Source of the DNA: an uncultured Ignavibacteria bacterium
GTDB taxonomy: Bacteria > Bacteroidota > Ignavibacteria > Ignavibacteriales > Ignavibacteriaceae
Assembly: GCA_963811905.1 (NCBI GenBank)
Contig: CAWETK010000011.1
Location: 59,943-123,942 of the forward strand
DNA length: 64,000 nucleotides
Direction: 5' to 3'
The notes below the pieces were generated by a model. The model worked only from the letters and a program-made list of their open reading frames with translations, made no database searches and had not been told where the DNA came from. How positions within the stretch are numbered: the stretch's first letter is position 1; each line of letters begins with the position of its first letter. Shown here piece by piece: positions 1 through 10,418 of the stretch. A program made the position numbers and the translations under genes.

Positions 1-2
1 AA

Positions 3-1058
3 AAGGTTGAAGAACCGAAACACCCGCAGGTACCTGAAAAACCTTATCCCTATAATGAAGAGGAAGTAACGTTTGTTGACAGCGAAGCAGGAATAGAACT
101 GGCAGGAACACTCACAATTCCAAAGGAAGGTGGTCCCTTCCCGGCTGTGGTATTGGTAACTGGTTCAGGACCGCAGGACAGGGATGAAACCCTGCTTGGT
201 CATAAGCCTTTTCTTGTTCTGGCCGATTACCTTACACGGCAGGGAATTGCTGTACTCCGCTACGACGACCGCGGTGTTGGAAAATCTGCAGGAAAATTTT
301 CATCCGCAACCACAAATGATTTTGTAAACGATGCGCTCGCTGCTGTTAAATTCCTTGAGAACAGGAAAGATATCAGGAAGGATGAAACAGGAATCATCGG
401 TCATAGCGAAGGAGGACTTGTTGCTCCGCTTGCCGCTGTTAAGAGTAGTGATGTTAATTTCATTGTGCTGATGGCTGGACCCGGAGTACCGGGAAAGGAT
501 ATCCTGGTTGAACAGAGCGAACTGATTGAAAAAGCTATGGGTATGAGCGAAGATAGGATTAAGGAAGGGACCGAACTGGCGAAGAAATTTTATGAGGTTG
601 TGGAGAATGAAAAAGACAGTGCTGCAGCTGCAGAAAAGATAAAAAAACTTTACAGGGACTATTATGCTTCACTTGATTCGACGGAGAAAGCCGAATTCGG
701 GAATGATCCGGAATCTGTGTTTGACCGTCAGGCAAGTACACTTCTGACTCCATGGTTCAAATTCTTCCTGACCTACGATCCCAAACCGACTCTGGAAAAA
801 GTTAAGATACCTGTACTGGCAATAAACGGCGAAAATGATCTGCAGGTGCCGCCCAAACAAAACCTTCCAGTAATAGAAGAAGCATTAAAGGAAGGCGGAA
901 ACAAGGATTACAAAGTTGTTGAAATTCCCAAACTTAATCACCTTTTCCAGACCTCGGAAACCGGTTCGCCGACGGAATACGGAAAAATTGAAGAAACAAT
1001 TTCTCCTAAAGCACTGGAGATAATAGGCAGCTGGATTTTGGAACATACTAAAAAGTAA
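3..1058 (+). CDS. alpha/beta-fold serine hydrolase, 5' end outside the window
   Basis: The frame is open from nt 3 (KVEEPKHPQVPEKPYPYNEEEVTFVDSEAGIELAGTLTIPKEGGPFPAVVLVTGSG...), so the ORF-track start at 147 is internal. It has a GHSEGG nucleophile elbow, and later D (NGENDLQ) and H (LNHLF) residues fit a Ser-Asp-His triad. Confidence 0.8.
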   Translation, partial: KVEEPKHPQVPEKPYPYNEEEVTFVDSEAGIELAGTLTIPKEGGPFPAVVLVTGSGPQDRDETLLGHKPFLVLADYLTRQGIAVLRYDDRGVGKSAGKFSSATTNDFVNDALAAVKFLENRKDIRKDETGIIGHSEGGLVAPLAAVKSSDVNFIVLMAGPGVPGKDILVEQSELIEKAMGMSEDRIKEGTELAKKFYEVVENEKDSAAAAEKIKKLYRDYYASLDSTEKAEFGNDPESVFDRQASTLLTPWFKFFLTYDPKPTLEKVKIPVLAINGENDLQVPPKQNLPVIEEALKEGGNKDYKVVEIPKLNHLFQTSETGSPTEYGKIEETISPKALEIIGSWILEHTKK

Positions 1059-1063
1059 TTTCA

Positions 1064-1768
1064 ATGGGATTAGCAGAACTAAGATCAGAATTAAAAAAGG
1101 AAGCAGATAAAGAACAGGCAATTAATCTTCAAAGATTCTTTAAAACCGGGAAAGGCGAATATGGCGAGGGGGATATTTTTTACGGAATTAAGGTGCCCGT
1201 TCAAAGAAGAATTGCAAAAAATAATAAAGAAATTTCCCTTGAAGATATCCGTGAACTATTAGACTCCCCTATCCACGAGGAAAGACTTACAGCTTTATTT
1301 ATTCTTGTTGAACAGTACGCTAAAGGGGATGATAAAACAAAAGAAGATATATTTCAGCTATATCTGAAGAATACTAAAAAAATCAATAACTGGGATCTTG
1401 TCGATTTAAGTGCACCAAAAATTGTTGGTGCACATTTATACAGCAGGAATAAAGACATACTCTTTAAGCTTGCTGAATCCTCTAATCTGTGGGATAGGAG
1501 GATTGCAATATTATCCACGATGTTCTTCATAAGAAATCACCACTTCGAAACGACCTTTAAAATAGCAGAAATGCTTCTGACCGATAAGCATGATCTTATC
1601 CATAAAGGCGTTGGCTGGATGCTTCGTGAAGCCGGAAATAAGGACCTGCAGGAAGAAGAAAAATTTCTAAAGAAATATTACAAACTTATGCCCAGAACTA
1701 TGCTGCGGTATGCTATAGAAAAATTCCCCGAAGAAAAAAGAAAGGCTTACCTCCGGGGAAATATATAG
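1064..1768 (+). CDS. DNA alkylation repair protein (AlkD-like HEAT-repeat family)
   Basis: 234 aa. The FFKTGKGEYGEGDIFYGIKVP, NNWDLVD and GVGWMLRE motifs are typical of the AlkD/DNA alkylation repair family. Confidence 0.7.
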   Translation: MGLAELRSELKKEADKEQAINLQRFFKTGKGEYGEGDIFYGIKVPVQRRIAKNNKEISLEDIRELLDSPIHEERLTALFILVEQYAKGDDKTKEDIFQLYLKNTKKINNWDLVDLSAPKIVGAHLYSRNKDILFKLAESSNLWDRRIAILSTMFFIRNHHFETTFKIAEMLLTDKHDLIHKGVGWMLREAGNKDLQEEEKFLKKYYKLMPRTMLRYAIEKFPEEKRKAYLRGNI

Positions 1769-1913
1769 TAAAGCCAAACGCTGTTTGGCTTAAATCACAA
1801 TTCAGACGGAGAGGATGGAGAAATGTGAAAACTTCGTTAATGAGATAAGCATAGGGATGCGCAGGAAAATGATTAGAGACGTATAGTAAAGCCAAACGCT
1901 GTTTGGCTTAAAT
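1764..1913. repeat. Two identical 32-bp direct repeats, each carrying the hairpin AAGCCAAA-CGCTG-TTTGGCTT, with 86 bp between them
   Basis: tatagtaaagccaaacgctgtttggcttaaat occurs at 1764-1795 and again at 1882-1913. Confidence 0.9.
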
Positions 1914-2056
1914 AACGATTAATTCCGGAAACTTAAATTATGAAGTCCCGGGCGAGGCAAAAGTATCGAGGCAACCCTGTTTATTTTCATTTCTTCACTG
2001 ATTAATTTCCCCCTGTAACTCTTTTATTCATTTCAATCTGACTATCGAGGATACAA

Positions 2057-2767
2057 ATGAAGCATAACCACAAAAGCACTGCAGTCTGCCAGATATGTAA
2101 AAAAGAAAAGAAATTGAGTGAATTAATGCCCGGAATATCCGTGCCCAATTCAATAGTAAACCTTATAACCGCACAGAACTACCAGTGGGATCCTGAGGGA
2201 TTTATCTGTCTGGAAGACCTTAATAAATTCAGATCGGAGTTTGTAAAGGGAATTCTTACAGAGGAAAAAGGAACGCTTTCTGAATTTGAAAAGGAAGTGT
2301 TCGATAGTATTGTTGAACGCGATATTCTTTCAAAAGATGTAGATGCGGCGTATGAAACAAAATCCTCCTGGGGAGAAAAATTATCCGATAAAATTGCAAA
2401 GTTTGGCGGGAGTTGGCCCTTTATCATCTTATTTCTTCTCTTTATTCTGATCTGGATGATAATTAACGTGATCATTCTGTCAAGCCGTAGTTTCGATCCC
2501 TATCCCTTCATCCTTTTAAATCTTGTGCTCTCCTGCGTAGCAGCAATACAGGCGCCTGTAATCATGATGAGCCAGAACAGGCAGGAATCAAAGGACAGGG
2601 CTCGTTCTATGCACGACTACCAGATTAATCTGAAGGCTGAAGTGGAAATAAGGAGACTTCATGATAAAATGGATCATTTGCTGAAACAACAGGGAATGCG
2701 GATGCTTGAAATTCAGCAGATACAGATGGAAATGATAGAGGAAATTTCTAAAAATCTAAAAAAATAA
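2057..2767 (+). CDS. DUF1003-family membrane protein
   Basis: Two TM helices are followed by APVIMMSQNRQESKDRARSMHDYQINLKAE, the characteristic DUF1003 core. The N-terminus is Cys-containing. Confidence 0.7.
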   Translation: MKHNHKSTAVCQICKKEKKLSELMPGISVPNSIVNLITAQNYQWDPEGFICLEDLNKFRSEFVKGILTEEKGTLSEFEKEVFDSIVERDILSKDVDAAYETKSSWGEKLSDKIAKFGGSWPFIILFLLFILIWMIINVIILSSRSFDPYPFILLNLVLSCVAAIQAPVIMMSQNRQESKDRARSMHDYQINLKAEVEIRRLHDKMDHLLKQQGMRMLEIQQIQMEMIEEISKNLKK

Positions 2768-2778
2768 TCGAGGGTCAA

Positions 2779-3165
2779 ATGGCTGATAGAATCAATATTT
2801 CGTCCGGGGCGAAATGGGAGGCGATCGTGGGATATTCCAGAGCGGTGAGGATCGGTAATATAATCGAAATTGCAGGTACGGTAGCCTCCGAAGGGGAGCG
2901 GGTACTGGATGATCTAAATGCCTATGAACAGACAAAATTCATTCTCGCAAAAATTGAAAAAACTCTTAAGGAAGCCGGCGCCTCACTTAAAGATGTGATA
3001 CGCACGAGGATGTTTGTAACCGACATTTCAAAATGGAATGAAATAGGAAAAGCTCACGGGGAATACTTTAAAGAAATAAAACCCGTTACTACCATGGTCG
3101 AAGTAAAATCTCTTATTTCACCGGGGCTTGTAGTTGAGATTGAAGCCACAGCAATTATAAATTGA
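2779..3165 (+). CDS. RidA/YjgF-family protein
   Basis: 128 aa. The YSRAVRIGNIIEIAGTVA...RTRMFVTDI...VEIEATA pattern matches the YjgF/RidA fold. Confidence 0.8.
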   Translation: MADRINISSGAKWEAIVGYSRAVRIGNIIEIAGTVASEGERVLDDLNAYEQTKFILAKIEKTLKEAGASLKDVIRTRMFVTDISKWNEIGKAHGEYFKEIKPVTTMVEVKSLISPGLVVEIEATAIIN

Positions 3166-3218
3166 TATGAACTTTATTATCTTTCGGTGTATATGAAAAA
3201 CATAATGGAATGTGATTG

Positions 3219-3704
3219 ATGGAAAACAAAATTCATCCCGGCACAAGGATTGGGCATGTTCACCTGACAGTATCGGATCTTGATAAGTCATTAAAGTTTT
3301 ACAGGGATCTGCTCGGTTTTGAGGTTACTGCCTGGTACGGTGATTCGGCGGTATTTTTATCGGCAGGTGGATATCACCATCATATTGGATTAAATACGTG
3401 GGCTGGAAAAGGAGTTACTCCCCCGCCGCCGGGACATACCGGACTATATCATTTTGCAATCCTCCTGCCCAGCCGGAAAGAACTGGCTAAAGTATTTAAG
3501 AGACTATGGGAGGTAAACTATCCCCTGGAAGGAGCATCAGATCATGGTGTGTCCGAATCAATATATTTAACAGATCCCGATGGGAACGGTGTGGAAATTT
3601 ATGCAGATAAACCGGAGCCAGAATGGCAGAAAGATAAGTCAGGAAACCTGGTAATGTATACCGAAGCTTTGAATCTACCCGATTTATTATCAGAATTAGA
3701 GTGA
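3219..3704 (+). CDS. VOC (glyoxalase/dioxygenase) family protein
   Basis: IGHVHLTVSDLDKSLKFYRDLLGFEV is a VOC N-terminal motif. The ATG at 3219 is preferred over the TTG at 3216. Confidence 0.75.
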   Translation: MENKIHPGTRIGHVHLTVSDLDKSLKFYRDLLGFEVTAWYGDSAVFLSAGGYHHHIGLNTWAGKGVTPPPPGHTGLYHFAILLPSRKELAKVFKRLWEVNYPLEGASDHGVSESIYLTDPDGNGVEIYADKPEPEWQKDKSGNLVMYTEALNLPDLLSELE

Positions 3705-3741
3705 ATTTCAATACATTTTATTTACGTAATTGCTTACTTAT

Positions 3742-4692
3742 ATGGCGCAAGATGACTTAATAAAAGAGTTAGGGGAACTTGGTATGGCTACCCGCCTGAA
3801 ACGTCTTGGCGAGAGACTCTCTTCAGATGTTGCCCGTATTTACCGGAGCAGAAAACTTGAATTTGAACCTAAATGGTTTACAACCATGTATGCTTTATAT
3901 AAAAACGGATCTATGAGCGTGCAGGCACTTGCTCAATCACTCGGATTCACGCATCCTGCAATTATCCAGTTTGTAAACCAGATGAAAAAGAGGGACCTGG
4001 TGGAAACAAGACAAGGTGAGGATAAAAGGGTGAATCTTATCTCGCTTACTCAAAAAGGCATAGAGACTTTCGAATCAATAAGACCATTGCTTACCGATAT
4101 CGAGGAGGTGACTTCTGAAGTAATTAATTCTCCGGGACTTGATATGCTCCTGCTGCTCGACAGAATAGAAGAAACCCTCGACCAGAAGAGCATATATGAC
4201 AGAATAAGTGAAAGGATAAAAGATAGAGAGTTAAAGGAGGTCAGGATAGTAAGCTATGAACCAAAATATAAAGACGACTTTAAAAAACTGAATGAAGAAT
4301 GGCTTAAGAAATATTTTTCCATCGAAGCGGAAGATGAAAAGATATTATCTAATCCTGAAGAGATCCGGAAGAACGGAGGAGAAATATTCTTTGCCCTTTA
4401 TAATAATGAAGTGGCAGGAACCTGTGCTGTTATAAAAGCCGGCAAACATTCCTTCGAGCTTGCAAAAATGGGAGTTACAGAAAAATACCAGGGTAAACAG
4501 ATTGGAAAGAAACTGGCGCTGACTGCAATCGGCTTTGCGGTAGCAAAAAATGCAAAAAGCATATTCCTTGAAACCAGCAATAAACTGACATCAGCATTAA
4601 ACCTTTATAAAAAACTGGGATTCGAACAGATCCCTAACGATAATCCCGAAAAATATAAACGCTGTACCATTAAGATGAAACTGGATGTCTGA
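3742..4692 (+). CDS. MarR-type HTH fused to a GNAT N-acetyltransferase
   Basis: The N-terminal half is a winged helix (SVQALAQSLGFTHPAIIQFVNQMKKRDLV). The C-terminal half has a GNAT core (VTEKYQGKQIGKKL...LYKKLGF). The ATG at 3742 is preferred over the TTG at 3730. Confidence 0.75.
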   Translation: MAQDDLIKELGELGMATRLKRLGERLSSDVARIYRSRKLEFEPKWFTTMYALYKNGSMSVQALAQSLGFTHPAIIQFVNQMKKRDLVETRQGEDKRVNLISLTQKGIETFESIRPLLTDIEEVTSEVINSPGLDMLLLLDRIEETLDQKSIYDRISERIKDRELKEVRIVSYEPKYKDDFKKLNEEWLKKYFSIEAEDEKILSNPEEIRKNGGEIFFALYNNEVAGTCAVIKAGKHSFELAKMGVTEKYQGKQIGKKLALTAIGFAVAKNAKSIFLETSNKLTSALNLYKKLGFEQIPNDNPEKYKRCTIKMKLDV

Positions 4693-4701
4693 GCAAACAC
4701 C

Positions 4702-5853
4702 ATGAATAAATTAATTACCTTTCTTATCGCTGTTTCCTTTGCGGGAATAAGTTTTCCCCGGGATACAAGCGAAGTATCCTCCTACTTTTATAAAAGACTC
4801 GAAGGTAATATTAACAGTAATATGAAGATTCAAATGAATCTTACCCGTATGGATTCCGTCCTTGACGGCAGCTACTTCTATGAAAATAGCGGGGAGCCTA
4901 TTTATTTCCAGTATTACAGTTATATAAAGGACGACGGAAGTATTCATATTGAAGAAGAGGGCGGATACGACGAAGAATACAATACCATTATAACAGGAAT
5001 ATTTGACGGAAAGTTTACTTCAGGCAATGAGATAACCGGCAAATGGCTGAGCCCGGATTCAAGTGAAGTCTATGATTTTGACCTGAAAGAGAATTATCCT
5101 CCAGGTAGTGCCCGGTTCGATATAAAACATTTAAGCAAGGATTATGGTGAATCCGAATATTCAGATTATGCAGTTTCAATTGACCTGAGCTACCCTGAAA
5201 TGACAGGTTATCCTGACGAAACAGTGATGCAGAAAATTAATACTTACATAATGCATTTCTATCTGAGTGAGTCGATGCAGGGAGATAATGGATATACGGA
5301 TATAAACGATCGAATGGAATCTTTTGTAGAAGATTACAGGAACGATATTGAAGCAGATTCGGAACTTTTCAAGGATTATAAACCTGTTTATGAAAACAAT
5401 GAGTTTACAAGTATTGCATTCAATTCGGATTATATTCTATCGCTGGAAATAACCGAATATATCTTTACGGGCGGGGCTCATGGTAATTCTTCATTCTCGC
5501 TCTCCAGCTTCAACCTTGAAACAGGAGAACGCATCAGGCTGGAAGATATCTTCCAGGGAGATTACAAAGAAAAATTAAATCGTGTCGGTGAAAGAATATT
5601 CAGAGAACACTACCAGGCAGATTCCACTCAGTCGCTTTACGATCAGGGATTCTTTGGATTTGAGAATGGTTTTGCATTAAATGATAATTTTGATTTGTAT
5701 AAAGGGGGAATAAAATTTCAGTTTAATCCTTACGAGGCAGGGGCATATGTACTTGGGGCACCCGAAGTTTTTATCCCTTATTCAGAAATAAGAGATATCA
5801 TCCGCGATGATAGTCCGCTCGGAAAAATGCTGAGCAATTCTCAATCAAGGTAG
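4702..5853 (+). CDS. DUF4163/DUF3298 (RsiV/PdaC-like) secreted protein
   Basis: It has a signal peptide, and the TGGAHGNSSF...F..E.G....L.DIF and FNPYEAGAYVLGAPEVFIPYSEI motifs are typical of DUF3298. Confidence 0.65.
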   Translation: MNKLITFLIAVSFAGISFPRDTSEVSSYFYKRLEGNINSNMKIQMNLTRMDSVLDGSYFYENSGEPIYFQYYSYIKDDGSIHIEEEGGYDEEYNTIITGIFDGKFTSGNEITGKWLSPDSSEVYDFDLKENYPPGSARFDIKHLSKDYGESEYSDYAVSIDLSYPEMTGYPDETVMQKINTYIMHFYLSESMQGDNGYTDINDRMESFVEDYRNDIEADSELFKDYKPVYENNEFTSIAFNSDYILSLEITEYIFTGGAHGNSSFSLSSFNLETGERIRLEDIFQGDYKEKLNRVGERIFREHYQADSTQSLYDQGFFGFENGFALNDNFDLYKGGIKFQFNPYEAGAYVLGAPEVFIPYSEIRDIIRDDSPLGKMLSNSQSR

Positions 5854-6094
5854 AGATAGAGATATAAGCTCAGGGCAAACATTACTACAACAGCTGAGAT
5901 GAACATTACCAGGAATGAGTTAAAAAATAATTCCATAGTTAAATCCTCCGCTGTTAATATGCTTTAATTCTTTCACTTTCGCAAGATTAATCTGCAGGAG
6001 ATACATAAAATCCGGATCGATCCACAAAACTTAATGGAACCCGGATGACACATATTAAATGAGGAATAATTTTTAATTGCTAACTTATCTGGAA

Positions 6095-7055
6095 ATAAAG
6101 GAATTTATTACCTCTTTAGTTTGGTTAAAATCCTTTTGTTTGAACCATCTGAATTCATTATCCATAGACCTCCTTCTTTTAAAGTTTGTATTAGTATATA
6201 CAATTTGATGTACCCGCAGAATTATAAGAAGGATATGACTTCCTCCATCAAAAGTTAGCTCTAATCATACTCTTTTGCTTGCAGATCTGATTTTCCAGAT
6301 ATTTATTGTGGGAGGAGGACCATAATGACGCAGCAAATAAAAATTCTTTTTCATTTGGGGAAACAGTGCAATCTTCCAAATATAGATTTTTCATTATTAA
6401 CATAATATAAGACTATCATTTCAACACTCGTATTCTATATTTATTCTTCTAATTACTAAACCTAAATAGTTTCCCTTTATTATCGGATGAATGATAGGTG
6501 TCATATGAGTAATATCTTTTATCTGACGTTTCATACTCCAGCTAGCATACACTTCCATATTGTCCAATGATTTTCGTTGTATAATCATTCATATTATATA
6601 TGGCCTATTCCACATTCCGGATCACATATAGTATTTAGTAAATGCAATATAATTCCCATCAGGAGACCAGTTACAGAAAAAATCCTGATCTGAATATTAG
6701 TCAATCCTTGAGATGATGCTAGTGCCGTCTTTATTTACTATAAATATACTTCCTGTCAATTGAAACGGCGAGACGATTATTATCCGGTGCCCAGGTAGGA
6801 GAATTCAAATAACCATAATCTTTAAGAATATAACCAAGGTAATTTCCAGAAGTATCAATAAAATGTACGGCATAGATACTATCATATCGTCCCTTAAATA
6901 CTATCGATTTTATTGTCAAATGAAAATTGGGGATCAATTTGCGTGAGGATATAACCACCTTCTTCATCGGATATTGGTTCCGTGCTTTGACTGCAATTAC
7001 TGTTTGTTATAAGTAAAACAATCGGAATAAAAAGAATGATAATATATTTGTCATA
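6095..7055 (-). pseudogene. Decayed TolB/PD40-like beta-propeller lipoprotein gene
   Basis: A lipoprotein signal (IIILFIPIVLLITNSNC, ~7000-7050) is followed by PD40-like pieces in different frames: WAPDNNRLAVS (ORF 6731..6967), WSPDGNYIAFT (~6637-6669) and MNSDGSNKRILT (~6138-6165). These are separated by stops and frameshifts. Confidence 0.5.
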
Positions 7056-7397
7056 GTAATACCTGGGGTTACTCTATAAAAACAATTTTAAGTTAAAAAT
7101 ACTTTTAAGTTAAACAACTCTAAAACACCCTGTAACAGGCTATCCCATTTCCCTAAATCAATATAGCCTTTTAACTCCCTTCAAAATCTAATTACTTCAA
7201 ATTCCAGATTGCAGGGCTGCAAAAAAAGGAAACAAATTAGTTTGCTAAGAATGAAGAAGATTTTCATAATACCTCCCCGGATATAAAATCAGTTAATTGG
7301 TTTTTATTCGGAATGGACTTGTTCCGAATACCCGCCGTAAAAGAACAATAGAGAAACACGCCAATAAGTACAACTATTTATATCTTTTATTTTGGTG

Positions 7398-7820
7398 CTA
7401 TGAATTTAACTTGAACATCCGCCTTGTAATTAGCTCAAAATCCTTCTTATTTATCTCAAAAAGCCCGAAACGGAACTTAAAGCCCCACGATTTCTTATTT
7501 TCTATGAATTGGAGTTCGCTGATCAAAGGGCGGATGGGAGTTTCCTCACAATCAAAATATTCCGCATTTCTTCTGAATGGTTTGAATGTTTCGCTTATTT
7601 CAACCTGGTAAATATCATCGTCCCTGATTTGAGCTGCAGCCGTAAAAGCCTGAAGCGGTTCACCATTTTCCAGGGATGATTTGGGGGAATAGAAAATAAC
7701 AAAATCACCCTGATGAAGTTTTTGAAGCGGGGCTTTCTTTCCATGTCCTGCCTGCACAATACCATTTTGTTTTCCGATCATGACATGATCTTTTGAAACT
7801 GTATTAATGAAATACTTCAT
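7398..7820 (-). CDS. EVE (PUA-like) domain protein
   Basis: 140 aa. MKYFINTVSKDHV...GDFVIFYSPK... resembles EVE-domain proteins. Confidence 0.6.
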   Translation of the reverse strand: MKYFINTVSKDHVMIGKQNGIVQAGHGKKAPLQKLHQGDFVIFYSPKSSLENGEPLQAFTAAAQIRDDDIYQVEISETFKPFRRNAEYFDCEETPIRPLISELQFIENKKSWGFKFRFGLFEINKKDFELITRRMFKLNS

Positions 7821-7867
7821 TCGGTAAAATCCGTTTTATTATAGAATTATAATTTGCAGTTATTAAT

Positions 7868-9019
7868 TCAGATCTCATCAGAATAAAAAGCAGCAGGAAG
7901 ATTTCTTAAATTATAACGGGATGCCATTACCTCACCATAGGCACCGGTAGTTCTTATTGCTATTAAATCGCCGCGTTTTGTTTCCGGCATCAGAATCATT
8001 TTACCGAAGGTATCGGATGATTCGCAGATTGGTCCTACTACATCGTATTTTTTCAGATTACTATCTGAAGAAAGGTTTTCAATTTTATGGTATGCCTGGT
8101 AAAGCGCAGGACGGATTAATTCTGTCATACCTGCATCAAGGATTACAAAATCGGTATTCACTCCTTCCTTTACATACAGCACCCGTGCTATAAGACTTCC
8201 GCATTGCGCAGTGAGGGCACGTCCCAGTTCAAAATGAAGCTGCTGACCTGGTTTTAATTCAATGATCTCATTAAAGATCCTGAAGAACGATCCGAAATCA
8301 TTAATAGAATTTTCAGGCTGCTGGTAATCGACGCCTAATCCTCCGCCGGCATTAAGGTGCTGGAAAAAAATATTACGCTTTGCAAACCAGTCCTGTACCT
8401 CGTTTATATGAATACACAGGCTTCTGAATACATCCATATTAGTAACCTGCGAGCCGATATGGAAGTGAAGACCAATTAAATTAAGATTGCTTAAACCGGG
8501 AAGGGCCTTGACTATTTTTTCCAGTTCCCAGCGGTTGATGCCGAATTTATTTTCTTCTAATCCTGTGGTTATATAATGATGCGTTTTGGGATCAATATTG
8601 GGATTGATCCTTAATGCGATATCCGCCTTCCTGTTTCTCTTTCCTGCAAGATCATTTATTACTTCCATTTCCTGTATCGATTCGCAGTTGAAACAGAAAA
8701 TATCATTTTCTAATCCGGTAATAATCTCATCATCCGATTTGCCTACACCGGCAAACACTATTTTATTGCCGGGAAATCCTGTACTCAGGGACTGTTTAAT
8801 CTCGTTGCCGCTCACACAATCAGCACCGAATCCATATTCCCTGATAATGTTAAGTATCCTGCTGTTCGCATTTGCCTTAACAGCATAATGAACTATGTAG
8901 CCATATTTATCAATTTCATCCCTGACGGACTGAAGTGTATCTTTCAGCAGTTTGATATCATAATAATAGAAAGGCGTCTTCATTTCCCTGAACTTACTTA
9001 TTAATCTTTTACTGAACAT
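7868..9019 (-). CDS. lysA: diaminopimelate decarboxylase
   Basis: The PLP-lysine motif HYAVKANAN, plus GADCVSGNE, HFHIGSQ and GPICESSD, mark a group IV decarboxylase. It is adjacent to aspartate kinase. Confidence 0.9.
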   Translation of the reverse strand: MFSKRLISKFREMKTPFYYYDIKLLKDTLQSVRDEIDKYGYIVHYAVKANANSRILNIIREYGFGADCVSGNEIKQSLSTGFPGNKIVFAGVGKSDDEIITGLENDIFCFNCESIQEMEVINDLAGKRNRKADIALRINPNIDPKTHHYITTGLEENKFGINRWELEKIVKALPGLSNLNLIGLHFHIGSQVTNMDVFRSLCIHINEVQDWFAKRNIFFQHLNAGGGLGVDYQQPENSINDFGSFFRIFNEIIELKPGQQLHFELGRALTAQCGSLIARVLYVKEGVNTDFVILDAGMTELIRPALYQAYHKIENLSSDSNLKKYDVVGPICESSDTFGKMILMPETKRGDLIAIRTTGAYGEVMASRYNLRNLPAAFYSDEI

Positions 9020-9022
9020 TGG

Positions 9023-10339
9023 TTAATCCGTAAAAAGATTTGTATGAAGGGACTGAAGTACTTCCTTTTTATCATCGGAGCTGATTAAAAGTGAAATGCT
9101 ATGCCGGCTGCCTCCGTAAGAGATCATTCTGACAGAGATATGTTTAAGAGCTTCGAATATTCTGCTTATATGTCCTTTCTGCTCCACTATTGTATTCCCC
9201 ACGAGGCATACAATGGAATTCGCCTGCGATACCTCAACAGAACCGTAATTTTTTAATTCTTCAATGATCTTGTCAAGATAGGAGGTATCATCAATAGTCA
9301 GTGAAACAGAGACTTCTGAAGTTGAAATCATATCAATGGGAGTTCTGTACCTTTCAAACACTTCAAAAACCTTTCTCAGAAAACCATAAGCCATCAGCAT
9401 ACGTCCCGATTTTATTTTTACCGCAGTTATGCCGTCCTTAGCCGCAATTGCCTGTATACCATCGCCGGGTGAATCTGAAGATATCAGGGTGCCTTCATCC
9501 TCCGGCTGCATAGTATTTTTCAGTCTTACAGGTATTCCCTTCTGCTGCGCCGGCAGAATGCTTGATGGATGAAGTATCTTTGCCCCGAAGTATGCAAGTT
9601 CTGCTGCTTCATCAAAAGTAAGCCGGTAGACAGGTTTTGTGTTCTTTACAAACCGGGGATCATTATTATGCATCCCGCTGATGTCAGTCCATATTTGTAT
9701 TTCCTCCGCACCGATTGCAGCGCCTATTAATGAAGCAGAATAATCGCTCCCTCCTCTTTTAAGGTTATCGACCTCGCCGTACAGATTTCTGCATATGTAC
9801 CCCTGTGTAATAAAAAGATTATCGTCGGGATATTTTGATAATTCCCTCTCAAGGTTTTCTTTTATATAAAAGTTATCGGGTTCCTGGTTGGTATCTATCC
9901 TCATAAAATTCAAAGCAGGAAGCAGCACTGATTTAATTCCCTGCTCTTCAAGGTAAAGCTGAAAAAGAGCAGTTGAGATCAATTCACCCTGGGCGAGAAT
10001 TGCTCTTTCTTCATACCGTGTAAAAATGTCCTGAGTAAACGATCTGATATAAGTGAAATGGCTTGAGATTATCTCTTTACCTTTTTGTGCAAATTCTTTA
10101 TTCGAGCATAACTTTTCAATAATACCGGAATACTTCACTTCAAGGTTATCAATTATTTCAATTGCTTTATCATTTTCTTTAGCATACAATTTTTCTGCAA
10201 TTTGCACGAGAGTATTTGTTGTACCTGCCATCGCAGACAGTACAACTATTTTTTCACCATCACCGGCAATGAGTGATGAAACTTCTTTCATACGGTCAGC
10301 CGATCCGACCGAAGTACCGCCGAATTTGAGAATCTTCAT
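9023..10339 (-). CDS. lysC: aspartate kinase
   Basis: It has the MKILKFGGTSVG N-terminus, SDYSA, and a C-terminal ACT-like region. Confidence 0.9.
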   Translation of the reverse strand: MKILKFGGTSVGSADRMKEVSSLIAGDGEKIVVLSAMAGTTNTLVQIAEKLYAKENDKAIEIIDNLEVKYSGIIEKLCSNKEFAQKGKEIISSHFTYIRSFTQDIFTRYEERAILAQGELISTALFQLYLEEQGIKSVLLPALNFMRIDTNQEPDNFYIKENLERELSKYPDDNLFITQGYICRNLYGEVDNLKRGGSDYSASLIGAAIGAEEIQIWTDISGMHNNDPRFVKNTKPVYRLTFDEAAELAYFGAKILHPSSILPAQQKGIPVRLKNTMQPEDEGTLISSDSPGDGIQAIAAKDGITAVKIKSGRMLMAYGFLRKVFEVFERYRTPIDMISTSEVSVSLTIDDTSYLDKIIEELKNYGSVEVSQANSIVCLVGNTIVEQKGHISRIFEALKHISVRMISYGGSRHSISLLISSDDKKEVLQSLHTNLFTD

Positions 10340-10418
10340 CTTGCATTAAATAAACAATTGAAATTAGAGAATGAATATAAACCTGAAAGAGAAAAGTTTA
10401 AAGGACAAAGATGTCTCA

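Noticed and set aside
7297-7611. Numerous antisense or overlapping ORFs in the track (e.g. 7297..7611, 8586..8888, 15661..16123, 46283..47076, 53164..53913).
   Set aside because: Each lies opposite or inside a long ORF with clear family motifs, has low-complexity or hydrophobic junk composition, and has no independent support.
10340-10418. A lysine riboswitch upstream of lysC.
   Set aside because: Only ~80 nt separate the start codon from the repeat array, and no L-box-like conserved core was recognisable.
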